Shown here: piece by piece, positions 41,018 through 49,329 of the stretch
How the letters are laid out: the number at the start of each line of letters is the position of its first letter
Numbering within the stretch: the first letter of the stretch is position 1
From: Myxococcota bacterium
Lineage (GTDB): Bacteria > Myxococcota_A > UBA796 > SXON01
Assembly (NCBI GenBank): GCA_040386535.1
Contig: JAZKFH010000016.1
Location: forward strand, 1-64,000
DNA length: 64,000 bases
Reading direction: 5' to 3'
Made by a program: the position numbers and the translations under genes
Notes under the pieces: generated by a model
What the model was told of the DNA's origin: nothing
Seen by the model: only the letters and a program-made list of their open reading frames with translations
Databases searched by the model: none

Positions 41018-42243
41018 GGGCCCTCCGTGGGGGTCTCGTCATGGGGGCGGCGGGGCACGTGCGTCGGGAGGGGCGGGAGCTCGCCGGGGTCCTTGCCGAG
41101 GGCGTCGAGCTGCCCGGAGATCCAGGCGTGGACGGCGTCGAGCCCGATCGGCCCGGGGGAGAGCTCGGGGAGCGGATCGAAGGCGACGGGCAGGAACGCG
41201 CTCTCCGCGGCGCCGAGCTTCGCGCGCGCGTCCGCGAGGTACCGATCCTTGTCGCGGGGGCGCAGCACGTCGACCTTGTTCACCAGGGCCAGCACCGGCT
41301 TGCCAGTCGCCACGCAGATCCGGTAGTCGGCGAGCTCCCGCGCCTGCACGCCGCCCTCGGCGTTCACGATGTACAGGTACAGATCGATGTGATCGAGCAC
41401 CTGGCGCGCCTCTTCGGTCACGTTCTCCATCACGTCGCCCATGCCGGGCGTGTTGACGATGAACAACGCCGTGGCGCCGGGGAGGCGCTGGATCGCGACC
41501 TCCTTCGTCGAGCCGGCGATGGGCGAGATGTTGCCGGTGTCGATGCCGAAGAGCGCGCGGATCGCGGCGTCCTTGCCGGTGGACGGGCTCCCGACCACGC
41601 CGATCGTGACGCGGTGGAGCACACGTTGGCGGATGCGGGCCACCTCCAGCATCACCGCGCCCACGTACTCGGGCGCGGGGCGCATGTACCGCCACGCGAA
41701 GTACGGGAACAGGAGCGGGAGGAACGGGCGCATCAGGCACCCGGCGGGGGTGACGAGGAGCGCGCCGAACGCCGCCCAGCCGAGCGGGTTGCGCAGGACG
41801 TGGTTCACGCCGGTCACCGCGTAGTCGAACGAGCGGCCCAGGCGCTGGCGCGCGACGCCGACGGCCTCGGCGGCCTTGACGGGCGGCGCGTCCGCGAGCC
41901 CGAGGTCCCCCCACACCTTGGCGCGCTCCACCGGCGAAGCGGCGTCCCAGCGGGCGCTGAACCACGAGTGCGCGAGCGCGAGCTCGGTGTGCCCGGTGTC
42001 GCCCACGGGCACGCCGCGGGCCTTCGCGGCGCTCGCCACGATCGCCTCGTAGGACATCCCCTCCCCCTTGCGGAGGAAGATGTTGCCGAGCCCGTGGCTC
42101 CCCACGCGACGCACCTGCATCGCCAGGATGCGCGAGAGGTCCGCCAGGCCGATGCCGTCGGGGTTCACGCGGAGGAGGTGGGCGAGGGACAGGAGCTCGG
42201 CGCGGTGCGCGCGGTGGAGCATCCGCTCGAGCGGGTCGCTCAC
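41014..42243 (-). CDS. YaaW/DUF3944-like N-terminal membrane-associated domain fused to an atypical P-loop GTPase
   Basis: N-terminal GSHGLGNIFLRKGEGMSYEAIV, hydrophobic segment, then GSPSTGKD, SPIAGST, NTPG, NKVD; GTGA and ATGA overlaps. Confidence 0.8.
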   Translation of the reverse strand: MSDPLERMLHRAHRAELLSLAHLLRVNPDGIGLADLSRILAMQVRRVGSHGLGNIFLRKGEGMSYEAIVASAAKARGVPVGDTGHTELALAHSWFSARWDAASPVERAKVWGDLGLADAPPVKAAEAVGVARQRLGRSFDYAVTGVNHVLRNPLGWAAFGALLVTPAGCLMRPFLPLLFPYFAWRYMRPAPEYVGAVMLEVARIRQRVLHRVTIGVVGSPSTGKDAAIRALFGIDTGNISPIAGSTKEVAIQRLPGATALFIVNTPGMGDVMENVTEEARQVLDHIDLYLYIVNAEGGVQARELADYRICVATGKPVLALVNKVDVLRPRDKDRYLADARAKLGAAESAFLPVAFDPLPELSPGPIGLDAVHAWISGQLDALGKDPGELPPLPTHVPRRPHDETPTEGP

Positions 42244-43367
42244 GGCTTGCGCTCGTGTTCGGCTTCGTCCCGGCGGCGCTTGTAGTCCCACGCGGCCGAG
42301 TCGAAGATGGCGCGGAGCGCGTCTCCGTCGAGCTTGCTGCCGGACTGGAAGAAGTGCACGGCGGCCTTGCCGACCCCGTACGTCGTGCCGCCCGCCACCA
42401 TCGCGGACAGCCCGAGGATCGCGGCCTCGGCGATCTGCCCGCCCGGGATCCAGCCGGCGGCCTTGAGGCCGTTGAGTCCCCAACGGACGAAGCCGCGCAT
42501 GCTGCCGGAGAGGACCTCGCCGATGATGAACAGCGCCACGTTGCGATCGACGGGGGCGCCGAACACCTCCGCGATGTCCCGGATCAGCTTCACCTGGAGC
42601 GCGGTGACGGCGGCGAGATCGGCCCCCGGGATGGGCACCGCGCCCGCCATCGAGGCGTGCCGCGCGGCCACCTTGATGATGGGCTCGCACGCGGCCGCCT
42701 TGTTGCGGAGGTGCTTGGCGAACAGGAGCTCCTTGCCCGCGGCGTGCAGCTGGTGGTGGATCCAGCCGATCACGTCCTCCACGCCGATCGGCTCCGCCGC
42801 GAGCTGCGGGAGCGGATCGAAGGCGCAGATCGCCGCGTCCTTTCGGTCCACCCCGAGCTGCAGGAGCGTGGCGGCGACGAAGCTGTCGCGCTCCTTCGGC
42901 CGGATGAGATCGATCTTGTTGATGCACACGAGCACGGGGCGCCCGCGGGTGCGCACCAGATCGAGGTCCCGCTTCTCGTCGATGGTGGCGCCGCCCTCTG
43001 CGTTCACGACGTAGACGACGATGTCGAGCGTGTCGAGCGCGCGCCGGCCCAGGTCGTCCACCTCAGGCCGGATGTCGCCGAAGCCGGGCGCGTTGACCAG
43101 CAGCACCTGCCCGTCGGGATCGAGCGGCGCGACGCGCATTCGTACGGTCGACCCGGGGATGGGGCTGATGTCGCCGAAATCAATCCCGAACAGCGTGCGG
43201 ATCGCCGAGTCCTTCCCGGAGGAGGCCGACCCGAGGAACGCGACGGTCAGGTGCTGGGAGAGGGCCTGGCGGAGGGCGAGCTCGCTCTGCTCCCACGCGC
43301 CGAGGCCGTGGGAACGGACGAGGGCCCGGATGTCTTCGGTCGGCGGCTCGTCGGGCGTTGCGCTCAC
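42240..43367 (-). CDS. Atypical P-loop GTPase fused to a DUF697/YcjF-like hydrophobic domain
   Basis: GSASSGKD, SPIPGST, NAPG, NKID; C-terminal GAVPIPGADLAAVTALQVKLIRDIAEVFG...WIPG...GGTTYGVG. Confidence 0.85.
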   Translation of the reverse strand: MSATPDEPPTEDIRALVRSHGLGAWEQSELALRQALSQHLTVAFLGSASSGKDSAIRTLFGIDFGDISPIPGSTVRMRVAPLDPDGQVLLVNAPGFGDIRPEVDDLGRRALDTLDIVVYVVNAEGGATIDEKRDLDLVRTRGRPVLVCINKIDLIRPKERDSFVAATLLQLGVDRKDAAICAFDPLPQLAAEPIGVEDVIGWIHHQLHAAGKELLFAKHLRNKAAACEPIIKVAARHASMAGAVPIPGADLAAVTALQVKLIRDIAEVFGAPVDRNVALFIIGEVLSGSMRGFVRWGLNGLKAAGWIPGGQIAEAAILGLSAMVAGGTTYGVGKAAVHFFQSGSKLDGDALRAIFDSAAWDYKRRRDEAEHERKP

Positions 43368-43441
43368 GTTCCCTCCCCCTCCCCCCTAACCGCGATGACG
43401 ACGCGGCAACGGGCGGAGGCGCGAACGGTCGCCCGGTCACG

Positions 43442-43624
43442 CCCTGGGAGCGTTCGGGGAAATGCGGACCGAGTCCGCGCAGATCGCCCTCGAGGGGACT
43501 GCCGAGACGCGGCCGGGTGGCTGACGAGGGAGCAGGTCGAGACCTGTGACCGAGGAAGACGCGCGGCCGCGGCCAGCAGGCGCGAGCGGGCGACGGGAGC
43601 ATTTCTCCCGAACGCTCCTAAGGG
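43442..43624. other. 183-nt intergenic rod-like inverted-repeat element (candidate structured ncRNA such as 6S RNA, or a MITE)
   Basis: GGAGCGTTCGGG-GAAATGC (43447-43465) pairs with GCATTTC-t-CCCGAACGCTCC (43599-43618). Nested stems TCGCCC/GGGCGA, GCGGCCG/CGGCCGC, CAGGTC/GACCTG. Confidence 0.6.
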
Positions 43625-43631
43625 AGCCCCG

Positions 43632-45356
43632 CTACCACTCGGCGCCGGCCATCACGCTGCGCACCACGGCGCGGAGCTCGTGGAGGCGGAAGGGCTTGGC
43701 GAGGACCGCGCGCGCCCCTGCCGCCATCGCGGAGCGGGCGAGCCCGTCGGGGGCGGCGCCGGTCGCGACGAGGGTGCGCACGGTCGGCCAGCGCCGAGCG
43801 ACCTCCTGGAGCACCTCGAGCCCGTTCCGGTTGGGCATGCGCAGATCGAGCACGAGCAGATCCACGTCGCCGCGGAGCGCTTCGAGCTGCTGCAGCGCCT
43901 GCTCGCCGTCGGACACCTGGATCACCTCGAGGAAGAGCCCCTCGAGCGCCACGGCCATCAGCTCGCGGAGCGGCACGTTGTCGTCCGCGACCAGCACGCG
44001 ACGCCCGCTCCCCGCGCTCTCGGCGCTCCGGGGGGGCTTGGGCCCCGGCACCACCTCGGCGACGGGGGCGCGCACGCAGATCGCCATCTGACCGTCGGGC
44101 TCGTCCTCCACCTCCAGCAGCACGCCGGCGCCGTAAGCGCGCGCCAGGAGCTCGTTCACCATGGGCCCGGTCACGGCGCCGTCCGGCACGAGCCACCGAA
44201 GCGCGGCGCGCTCCGAGGCGGTGGGCGTGTAGCGGATGCGCAGCAGGCCCTCGTCGTAGTCCTCGACCGCCTCGATCTGCACGCTGGATCCCTCGGCCAC
44301 GCCGTCGAGCGAGCGGAGCGCGAGGTGGATGCAGGCGCGCACCAGGCCATCCGGGGAGCAGGCGACCCACGGCCCGAGCTCGGGGGCGCGGACCTCGATG
44401 CGCGGCCCCTCCTCGCCCGCGGCGCGGGAGAGCAGCTCGGCGAGGTCGCGTGCGACGCGCCCCATGTCGGCCGGGCCCACGCCGTTCCCCGAAGTCGAGA
44501 ACGCGAGCATGGTGCGGCCGAGGCTGCCGAGCTTGCCCGCGATGCCCAGCACCCGATCGATCGCGGCGCCGGCGGACGCGGGATCGTCGGAGAGCATGGC
44601 CTGATCGCACACCGCCACGATCTCGGCGGCGAGGTTGTTCAGGTGGTGCGCGTGGTCGCCGCTGACGCGGGACAGGAGCCCGACCGCGAGGTCGAGGCTG
44701 TGCAGCCGCTCCATCTCCCGCGCCTGCGTCGTGTCGTGCAGGATGGTGACGAAGTGGGTGGTGCGGCCCTCGGCGTCACGGATGGCGGACACCGCGTGGT
44801 GCACCGGCACGTCCACCCCGTCGGAGCGCCGCAGCAGGGTGGCGCCGTTGTAGGAGCCCGCCGCGTACAGGCTGCGCCAGTAGGTGGCGACCTCGCGCGG
44901 GGTCACGTTGGGGCTGCGGTGGAGGCGCCCGGGGCGGCCGATCACCTCGTCCCGCTCGTAGCCGACGAGCTGGGCGAACGACGCGTCGCACCAGAGCACG
45001 ATCCCGTCGGGATCGGTGACCACCCACGCGTCCGTCTGGCGCGCGGTGTGGGCGATGAGCAGCTGGCCGAGCTCCGCATCGTCCTGAAGGGGCGTGACGC
45101 GCGTGAGGCGCAGCCGCGCGGCGCTCCCGCCGAGGGACACGTCGACGTCGAAGATGACGCGCTCGCGCCCACGGCCGAGCCCGAACCGCACCACGCCGGC
45201 GCGACGCCCGATCGCGGCGCGCACGTCCGTGCGGCGCTCCAGGAGGCGCTCGAAGTCGACCACGGGAGGGTCGAAGGACTGGAGCAACGCGTCCACGTCC
45301 TCCGAGCGGCGCAGGATCTGGCCCCGGTCGTCGACCTCGAGCCAGAGCGCGCTCAT
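43632..45356 (-). CDS. PAS-HisKA-degenerate HATPase-receiver hybrid signalling protein
   Basis: PAS/PAC (VTDPDG...GYERDEVIG...LRRSDG...IRDAEG); H-box-like HAHHLNNL; receiver ADDN..LDLRMP..ATG..KPF. Confidence 0.85.
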   Translation of the reverse strand: MSALWLEVDDRGQILRRSEDVDALLQSFDPPVVDFERLLERRTDVRAAIGRRAGVVRFGLGRGRERVIFDVDVSLGGSAARLRLTRVTPLQDDAELGQLLIAHTARQTDAWVVTDPDGIVLWCDASFAQLVGYERDEVIGRPGRLHRSPNVTPREVATYWRSLYAAGSYNGATLLRRSDGVDVPVHHAVSAIRDAEGRTTHFVTILHDTTQAREMERLHSLDLAVGLLSRVSGDHAHHLNNLAAEIVAVCDQAMLSDDPASAGAAIDRVLGIAGKLGSLGRTMLAFSTSGNGVGPADMGRVARDLAELLSRAAGEEGPRIEVRAPELGPWVACSPDGLVRACIHLALRSLDGVAEGSSVQIEAVEDYDEGLLRIRYTPTASERAALRWLVPDGAVTGPMVNELLARAYGAGVLLEVEDEPDGQMAICVRAPVAEVVPGPKPPRSAESAGSGRRVLVADDNVPLRELMAVALEGLFLEVIQVSDGEQALQQLEALRGDVDLLVLDLRMPNRNGLEVLQEVARRWPTVRTLVATGAAPDGLARSAMAAGARAVLAKPFRLHELRAVVRSVMAGAEW

Positions 45357-45928
45357 TACGCCTCCGCGACCGGAGACGTGTAGCTCCCGATGACGACGCG
45401 CGCCGGGCGGATGAGGCGCTTGCCGATGCGGTAGCCCGCGGAGAACACGGACTGGATCACGTTGTCCTGCGCGGCGTCCTCCACCGGCTGGGTGGCGATC
45501 GCCTCGTGCAGCGCGGGATCGAACGGCGCGCCGGCGCCGGGCACCTCTTCGAGGCCGAGCTTCTGGAGCGCGGCCATGAACTGGGCGTACACCATGCGCA
45601 GGCCCTGCTCGGCGGGCTGGCCCTTGGCGGACTCGAGCGAGCGATGGAGGTTCTCCACCGGGTCGAACAAGGAGGCCACGACCTCGCCACGGCGGATCTC
45701 CTCCTGCATGGTCGCGCGATCTTCGAGCCGACGCTTGGTCGACTCGATCTCCTCCTGCTTCTGCCGGTAGGCCGCGCTCACCGTGCGCAGACGCGCTTCG
45801 AGCTCGTACACCTTGGCTTCGAGGCGCGACGACTCGTCCTCCACGAGGGCGGGGCCCTCGGCCTGATCCGCGTCGAGGATCTCGGGGTTGCCGTCGTTCT
45901 GGGGGCCATCGTCTCGGGATTGGCTCAT
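45356..45928 (-). CDS. grpE: Nucleotide exchange factor GrpE
   Basis: LFDPVENLHRSL, GAPFDPALHEAI, GYRIGKRLIRPARVVI. Confidence 0.93.
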   Translation of the reverse strand: MSQSRDDGPQNDGNPEILDADQAEGPALVEDESSRLEAKVYELEARLRTVSAAYRQKQEEIESTKRRLEDRATMQEEIRRGEVVASLFDPVENLHRSLESAKGQPAEQGLRMVYAQFMAALQKLGLEEVPGAGAPFDPALHEAIATQPVEDAAQDNVIQSVFSAGYRIGKRLIRPARVVIGSYTSPVAEA

Positions 45929-45952
45929 CGGGTCGCCTCCGCGTGCGGCGCG

Positions 45953-45980
45953 AGGATAGGCACCGCAGCGGTCACGTCAA
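45953..45980 (-). promoter_or_regulatory. Putative sigma70 promoter of grpE
   Basis: Minus strand TTGACG-N16-TATCCT; GGAGG RBS downstream. Confidence 0.45.
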
Positions 45981-45993
45981 GCGAGGCAGACAA

Positions 45994-47274
45994 GTGGAAC
46001 GACAGAATCGACTGCTCACCATCATGGCCACCGTATTGCTGGTGTTGGTGGCGATCGCGGTCTTTGCGAAGAAGCCGGACGAGGACGCCGGCGATCCCGA
46101 CGCGCCCGCACAGCGGGACCTGTTCGAGCTGGAGGCCGACACCGTCCAGTCGCTCACCCTCGTCAATGCCGCCGGCACCCTCTCGTTCGCCAAGGCGGAT
46201 GGCGCCTGGAAGATGACCGCGCCGCGCGAGGGCGCGGTGGAAGCGGCCCGAGTCACCGAGATCGTGGAACGCATCGCGGACCTGAAGGTCCAGGAGAAGG
46301 GCTTCGACGGCGCGCTCGCCGACTTCGGCTTGGACGAGGCCGCGCGGGTCACGGTCACCGTCGGCACGGGGGACGGCAAGAGCCTCACCCTCTACGTCGG
46401 GCGCGACGCCCCCGTCGGGTACCGCGGCTACGTGGCCGAGTCGCCCGAAGGCCCCGCCCTCCTCGCGTCCTCCCGCGTGAGCGAGCTGGTCAAGCGCACC
46501 CCGGACGACTTCCGCGCCAAGGAGCCCTGGAAGCTCTCGACCGCCACCGCGCGCCGCATCCGCATCGAGGACACCGCGGCGCCGGCCGGCGCCACCTCGG
46601 TGGTGCTCCGCAAGGACGACCACGGCTGGTGGCTCGGGGACGACGGCCCGCGCGCCTCCACCGAGGCGGTCGACGAGTGGTTGTCGCGCGCGAGCCTGCT
46701 CCGCGCGGAGTCGTTCCTCGATGGCGTCGATCCCGCGACCGTCGGGCTCGTCACCCCCACCACGAGCATCGTGGTGGAAGACGACGCCGGCACCCACACG
46801 CTCACCCTCGGCCAACGCGACGAGGCAGGGGTGGCCGCGCGCACCGACGCCGGGCTCGTGCGCTTCGGCGCCGACGGCATCGATCTTGTGAAGCTCGACG
46901 GCTGGGTGGCGGACGGCCTCCTGCCGATCCGGCGCACCCAGCTCGACGGGGTGGACGTGAAGCTCGGCCCCAAGGCCGCCCAGTTCACCCGCGGCGACGG
47001 AGGCTGGTTGGACGCGCAGGGCGCCGAGACGCCCCTCGCGGACGCGCTGCTCGCCGCGCTCGAGGCCGCCAAGGCCGACCGGACCGGCGCGCCGGTCGCC
47101 CTCACCGAGACCTGGGGCGCGATCACGTTGAAGGAGGGCGGCGATCGCTCGGAGGGCCTCACCATCGGCCAGGAGCTGCCCGCCGGCGGGCGCGCCGCGA
47201 AGGACAACGCGGGCGGGCCCCCGTTCCGCCTGCCGCCGGAGACCCTGACCGCGTTGAACGCCGCGCTGCCGTAG
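45994..47274 (+). CDS. DUF4340-like periplasmic protein with N-terminal TM anchor
   Basis: TM segment, then repeated units (W.MTAP...DFGLD...LYVG; W.L....A....V...VGL..P). GTG start after GAGG. Confidence 0.8.
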   Translation: MERQNRLLTIMATVLLVLVAIAVFAKKPDEDAGDPDAPAQRDLFELEADTVQSLTLVNAAGTLSFAKADGAWKMTAPREGAVEAARVTEIVERIADLKVQEKGFDGALADFGLDEAARVTVTVGTGDGKSLTLYVGRDAPVGYRGYVAESPEGPALLASSRVSELVKRTPDDFRAKEPWKLSTATARRIRIEDTAAPAGATSVVLRKDDHGWWLGDDGPRASTEAVDEWLSRASLLRAESFLDGVDPATVGLVTPTTSIVVEDDAGTHTLTLGQRDEAGVAARTDAGLVRFGADGIDLVKLDGWVADGLLPIRRTQLDGVDVKLGPKAAQFTRGDGGWLDAQGAETPLADALLAALEAAKADRTGAPVALTETWGAITLKEGGDRSEGLTIGQELPAGGRAAKDNAGGPPFRLPPETLTALNAALP

Positions 47275-47292
47275 TTCGCGGAGATCGGGCCG

Positions 47293-48657
47293 TCAGTTGT
47301 GCTGCTCGATCTCCCGGTCCCGGGGCAGCAGCTCCAGGGAGACGAGGCGCGGCACCCCGCGGCGCTTCTCTCCCGACGAGAGCGCGCGGGCCTGCTGCGC
47401 CAGGAGGAGCCCCGCCGAGGCGGCCGCGAGCGCCCCGGCGACCACGAGGAGCCCGCCGGTGAGGGCGTGTCCCATCGTCATCCACGCGGCGCCCATCCCG
47501 AGCGCGAGCAGGCCGGTACCGACGGACGCGCCCGCCCGCAGGAGCAGGTTGCGCAGGACACGCGCGGAGCGGGCGGCGTAGCGAAGCTCCCGGTCCGCCG
47601 CGATCGCGGCGCCACACGCGCGCCAGGCCGCGAAGAGGCGGCCGGCCCGCAGCGCGAGGGCCCCTCGGAGCAGGCAGAGGAGGGCGTGGCGCGGCGCCGC
47701 CACCAGCGCGTCCTCGATGACCCGCCCGGCCTCGTCGAGGCGGCCCTGCCGCGCGAGGGACACCGCGAGGAGGTAGGCGAGGAGCGGATCTCCAGGGCGG
47801 TGCAGGCGACCGAAGCGCGCGGCGAACTCTCCGCGCTCGGCCGCCGATTCGAGGAGGGCGACCAGGGCGGTGGCCTGGGCGAGCACCAGCCGCGCCGGCT
47901 GGGCATCGAGCCCGGCCTCCAGCAGGCGGAGCGCGTGGATGGTGTGCCCGTCGTACAAGGCGCGGACGCCCGCGTGGAGCGGATCCGCGGCGTCGTTTGC
48001 CGCGGCCCCGCCGCTGCCCGCCACGGAGACCGGTCCGCTCCACTCGCCGGCGCCCGCGAGCACGAGCGCCACGTCGGGGGAGTCCGTCGTGAACAGGAGG
48101 CGCTCGACGGTCTCGCCGACCGGCGCGCTGGCGAGGCGCGTCACGGCTTCCCGCCACGCGTCGCGGGCGCCCGGCGGGCCCTCGCCGTCGATGCGCCAGA
48201 CGTACAACATCCAGCTGCGGCCGCTCTCGCGGCAGGAGACGTAGCAGGTGTCCCCCACCCCGCTCTCGACCAGGGTGAGCTTCAGCGAGGTGGGGCCGTC
48301 TCGTTCGGCCGCGAACGCGCGGCGCAGGAAGGCCGCGATCTCGGCCGCGAGCGGCCCGGCGAACAGGCCGCCGAGCTGGCCGTCCCGCAGGGCGCCCCAA
48401 CCGAAGTGTTCGAGGTAGCTTCGGCGGAGCTGCCCGATGCGCTGGCGGCAGTGCCGCACCTCGGCGTCCACCAGGTCGCCGTCGTCGTACCGCATCGGCG
48501 CCGAGTGGATCCGCCGCTGGTAGAGCCGCACCGAGTCATCGAACGAGTAACGACGAACAAGCCCGTCCCTCCCGACGATCTCGACCGGGAATTCGACGAT
48601 CTGCGTGTAGTCCTTTCGGAGGTACCGACGCAACCTCGTCGCTCGCTCCACGAACAC
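47293..48657 (-). CDS. Hypothetical protein: unknown N-terminal domain, TPR-like helices, two C-terminal TMs
   Basis: Continuous ORF at the end of a minus-strand operon; start uncertain (GTG 48657/48651). Confidence 0.7.
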   Translation of the reverse strand: MFVERATRLRRYLRKDYTQIVEFPVEIVGRDGLVRRYSFDDSVRLYQRRIHSAPMRYDDGDLVDAEVRHCRQRIGQLRRSYLEHFGWGALRDGQLGGLFAGPLAAEIAAFLRRAFAAERDGPTSLKLTLVESGVGDTCYVSCRESGRSWMLYVWRIDGEGPPGARDAWREAVTRLASAPVGETVERLLFTTDSPDVALVLAGAGEWSGPVSVAGSGGAAANDAADPLHAGVRALYDGHTIHALRLLEAGLDAQPARLVLAQATALVALLESAAERGEFAARFGRLHRPGDPLLAYLLAVSLARQGRLDEAGRVIEDALVAAPRHALLCLLRGALALRAGRLFAAWRACGAAIAADRELRYAARSARVLRNLLLRAGASVGTGLLALGMGAAWMTMGHALTGGLLVVAGALAAASAGLLLAQQARALSSGEKRRGVPRLVSLELLPRDREIEQHN

Positions 48658-48728
48658 CTCGGAATGAGCATAGCATCCGAAGGCGGAATCGGGCCCCCGG
48701 TGTTCTGTCGCCGCCCATTCACCCGACT

Positions 48729-49295
48729 TCAGCCGATGGACGCGCGCAGGGCGCACGCCCCGAGGACCACCACGATGGCGATCAACGTGCTGCGCTCGCT
48801 CCGGAACGCCCGGGCCGCGCTCCATCCGAGTCCCGGCGGGCTCGCCGCGCGCGGAGGCGTCGGCACACGCGGGAACCACCGCGGCACCGCGGCGAGGTAC
48901 CGCCGGTAGGGCTCCCCCATCCGCGCCGCGATGTTGCTCTCCTCCCACCGCACGATGAGCGTGTAGTGGACCGCCAGCAGCGGCACCGCCACGAGCGCGG
49001 ACGGCCACAACACGGTGCCGAGGCCGGCGAACAGGAGGAGGTTGCCGATGTAGAGCGGGTTGCGGACCCAGGCGTAGGGTCCGGTCTGCACGAGGACCCC
49101 GACGCCGTCGGCACGCGTGCGGCTGGGGAGCCCGATGTGCCCCACGGCGAGCAGGCGCAACGCCTCCCCCGCCGCCAGCAGCGCCAGCCCCGGGCCCCAG
49201 GCGCTCGGCCGGCAGACGAACATGGCGGCGAGAAGGGGGACCGGCAGCCAGCCCCTCCGCTCGAACAACCAGCGGCCCGTCGCCTCCGGAATCAC
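48729..49295 (-). CDS. ICMT/PEMT-family membrane methyltransferase (LmtA-like)
   Basis: LVQTGPYAWVRNPLYIGN, EE, Y...VPRW.P; N-terminal GRWLFERRGWLPVP. Confidence 0.85.
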   Translation of the reverse strand: MIPEATGRWLFERRGWLPVPLLAAMFVCRPSAWGPGLALLAAGEALRLLAVGHIGLPSRTRADGVGVLVQTGPYAWVRNPLYIGNLLLFAGLGTVLWPSALVAVPLLAVHYTLIVRWEESNIAARMGEPYRRYLAAVPRWFPRVPTPPRAASPPGLGWSAARAFRSERSTLIAIVVVLGACALRASIG

Positions 49296-49329
49296 AGCGC
49301 CTCCGGAATCAGAGCCCCCTCCGGAATCA
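49283..49329. repeat. Three direct repeats of CCTCCGGAATCA spanning a gene junction
   Basis: Exact copies at 49283-49294, 49300-49311 and 49318-49329. Confidence 0.9.

Noticed and set aside
43368..43388. G-rich run (minus strand GGGGGGAGGGGGAGGG) upstream of the first GTPase as a G-quadruplex
   Set aside because: Only three tracts; more simply an extended SD-like region in high-GC DNA.
43442..43624. RNase P RNA, tmRNA, SRP RNA or tRNA identity for the intergenic element
   Set aside because: I found no GAGGAAAGUCC, no tRNA-like ends or T-loop, and no SRP GGAAGGAAGCAG-type motif on either strand.
49283..49329. Possible mini-CRISPR array
   Set aside because: Repeats of 12 bp with 5-6 bp spacers are far too short, and no cas genes are present.
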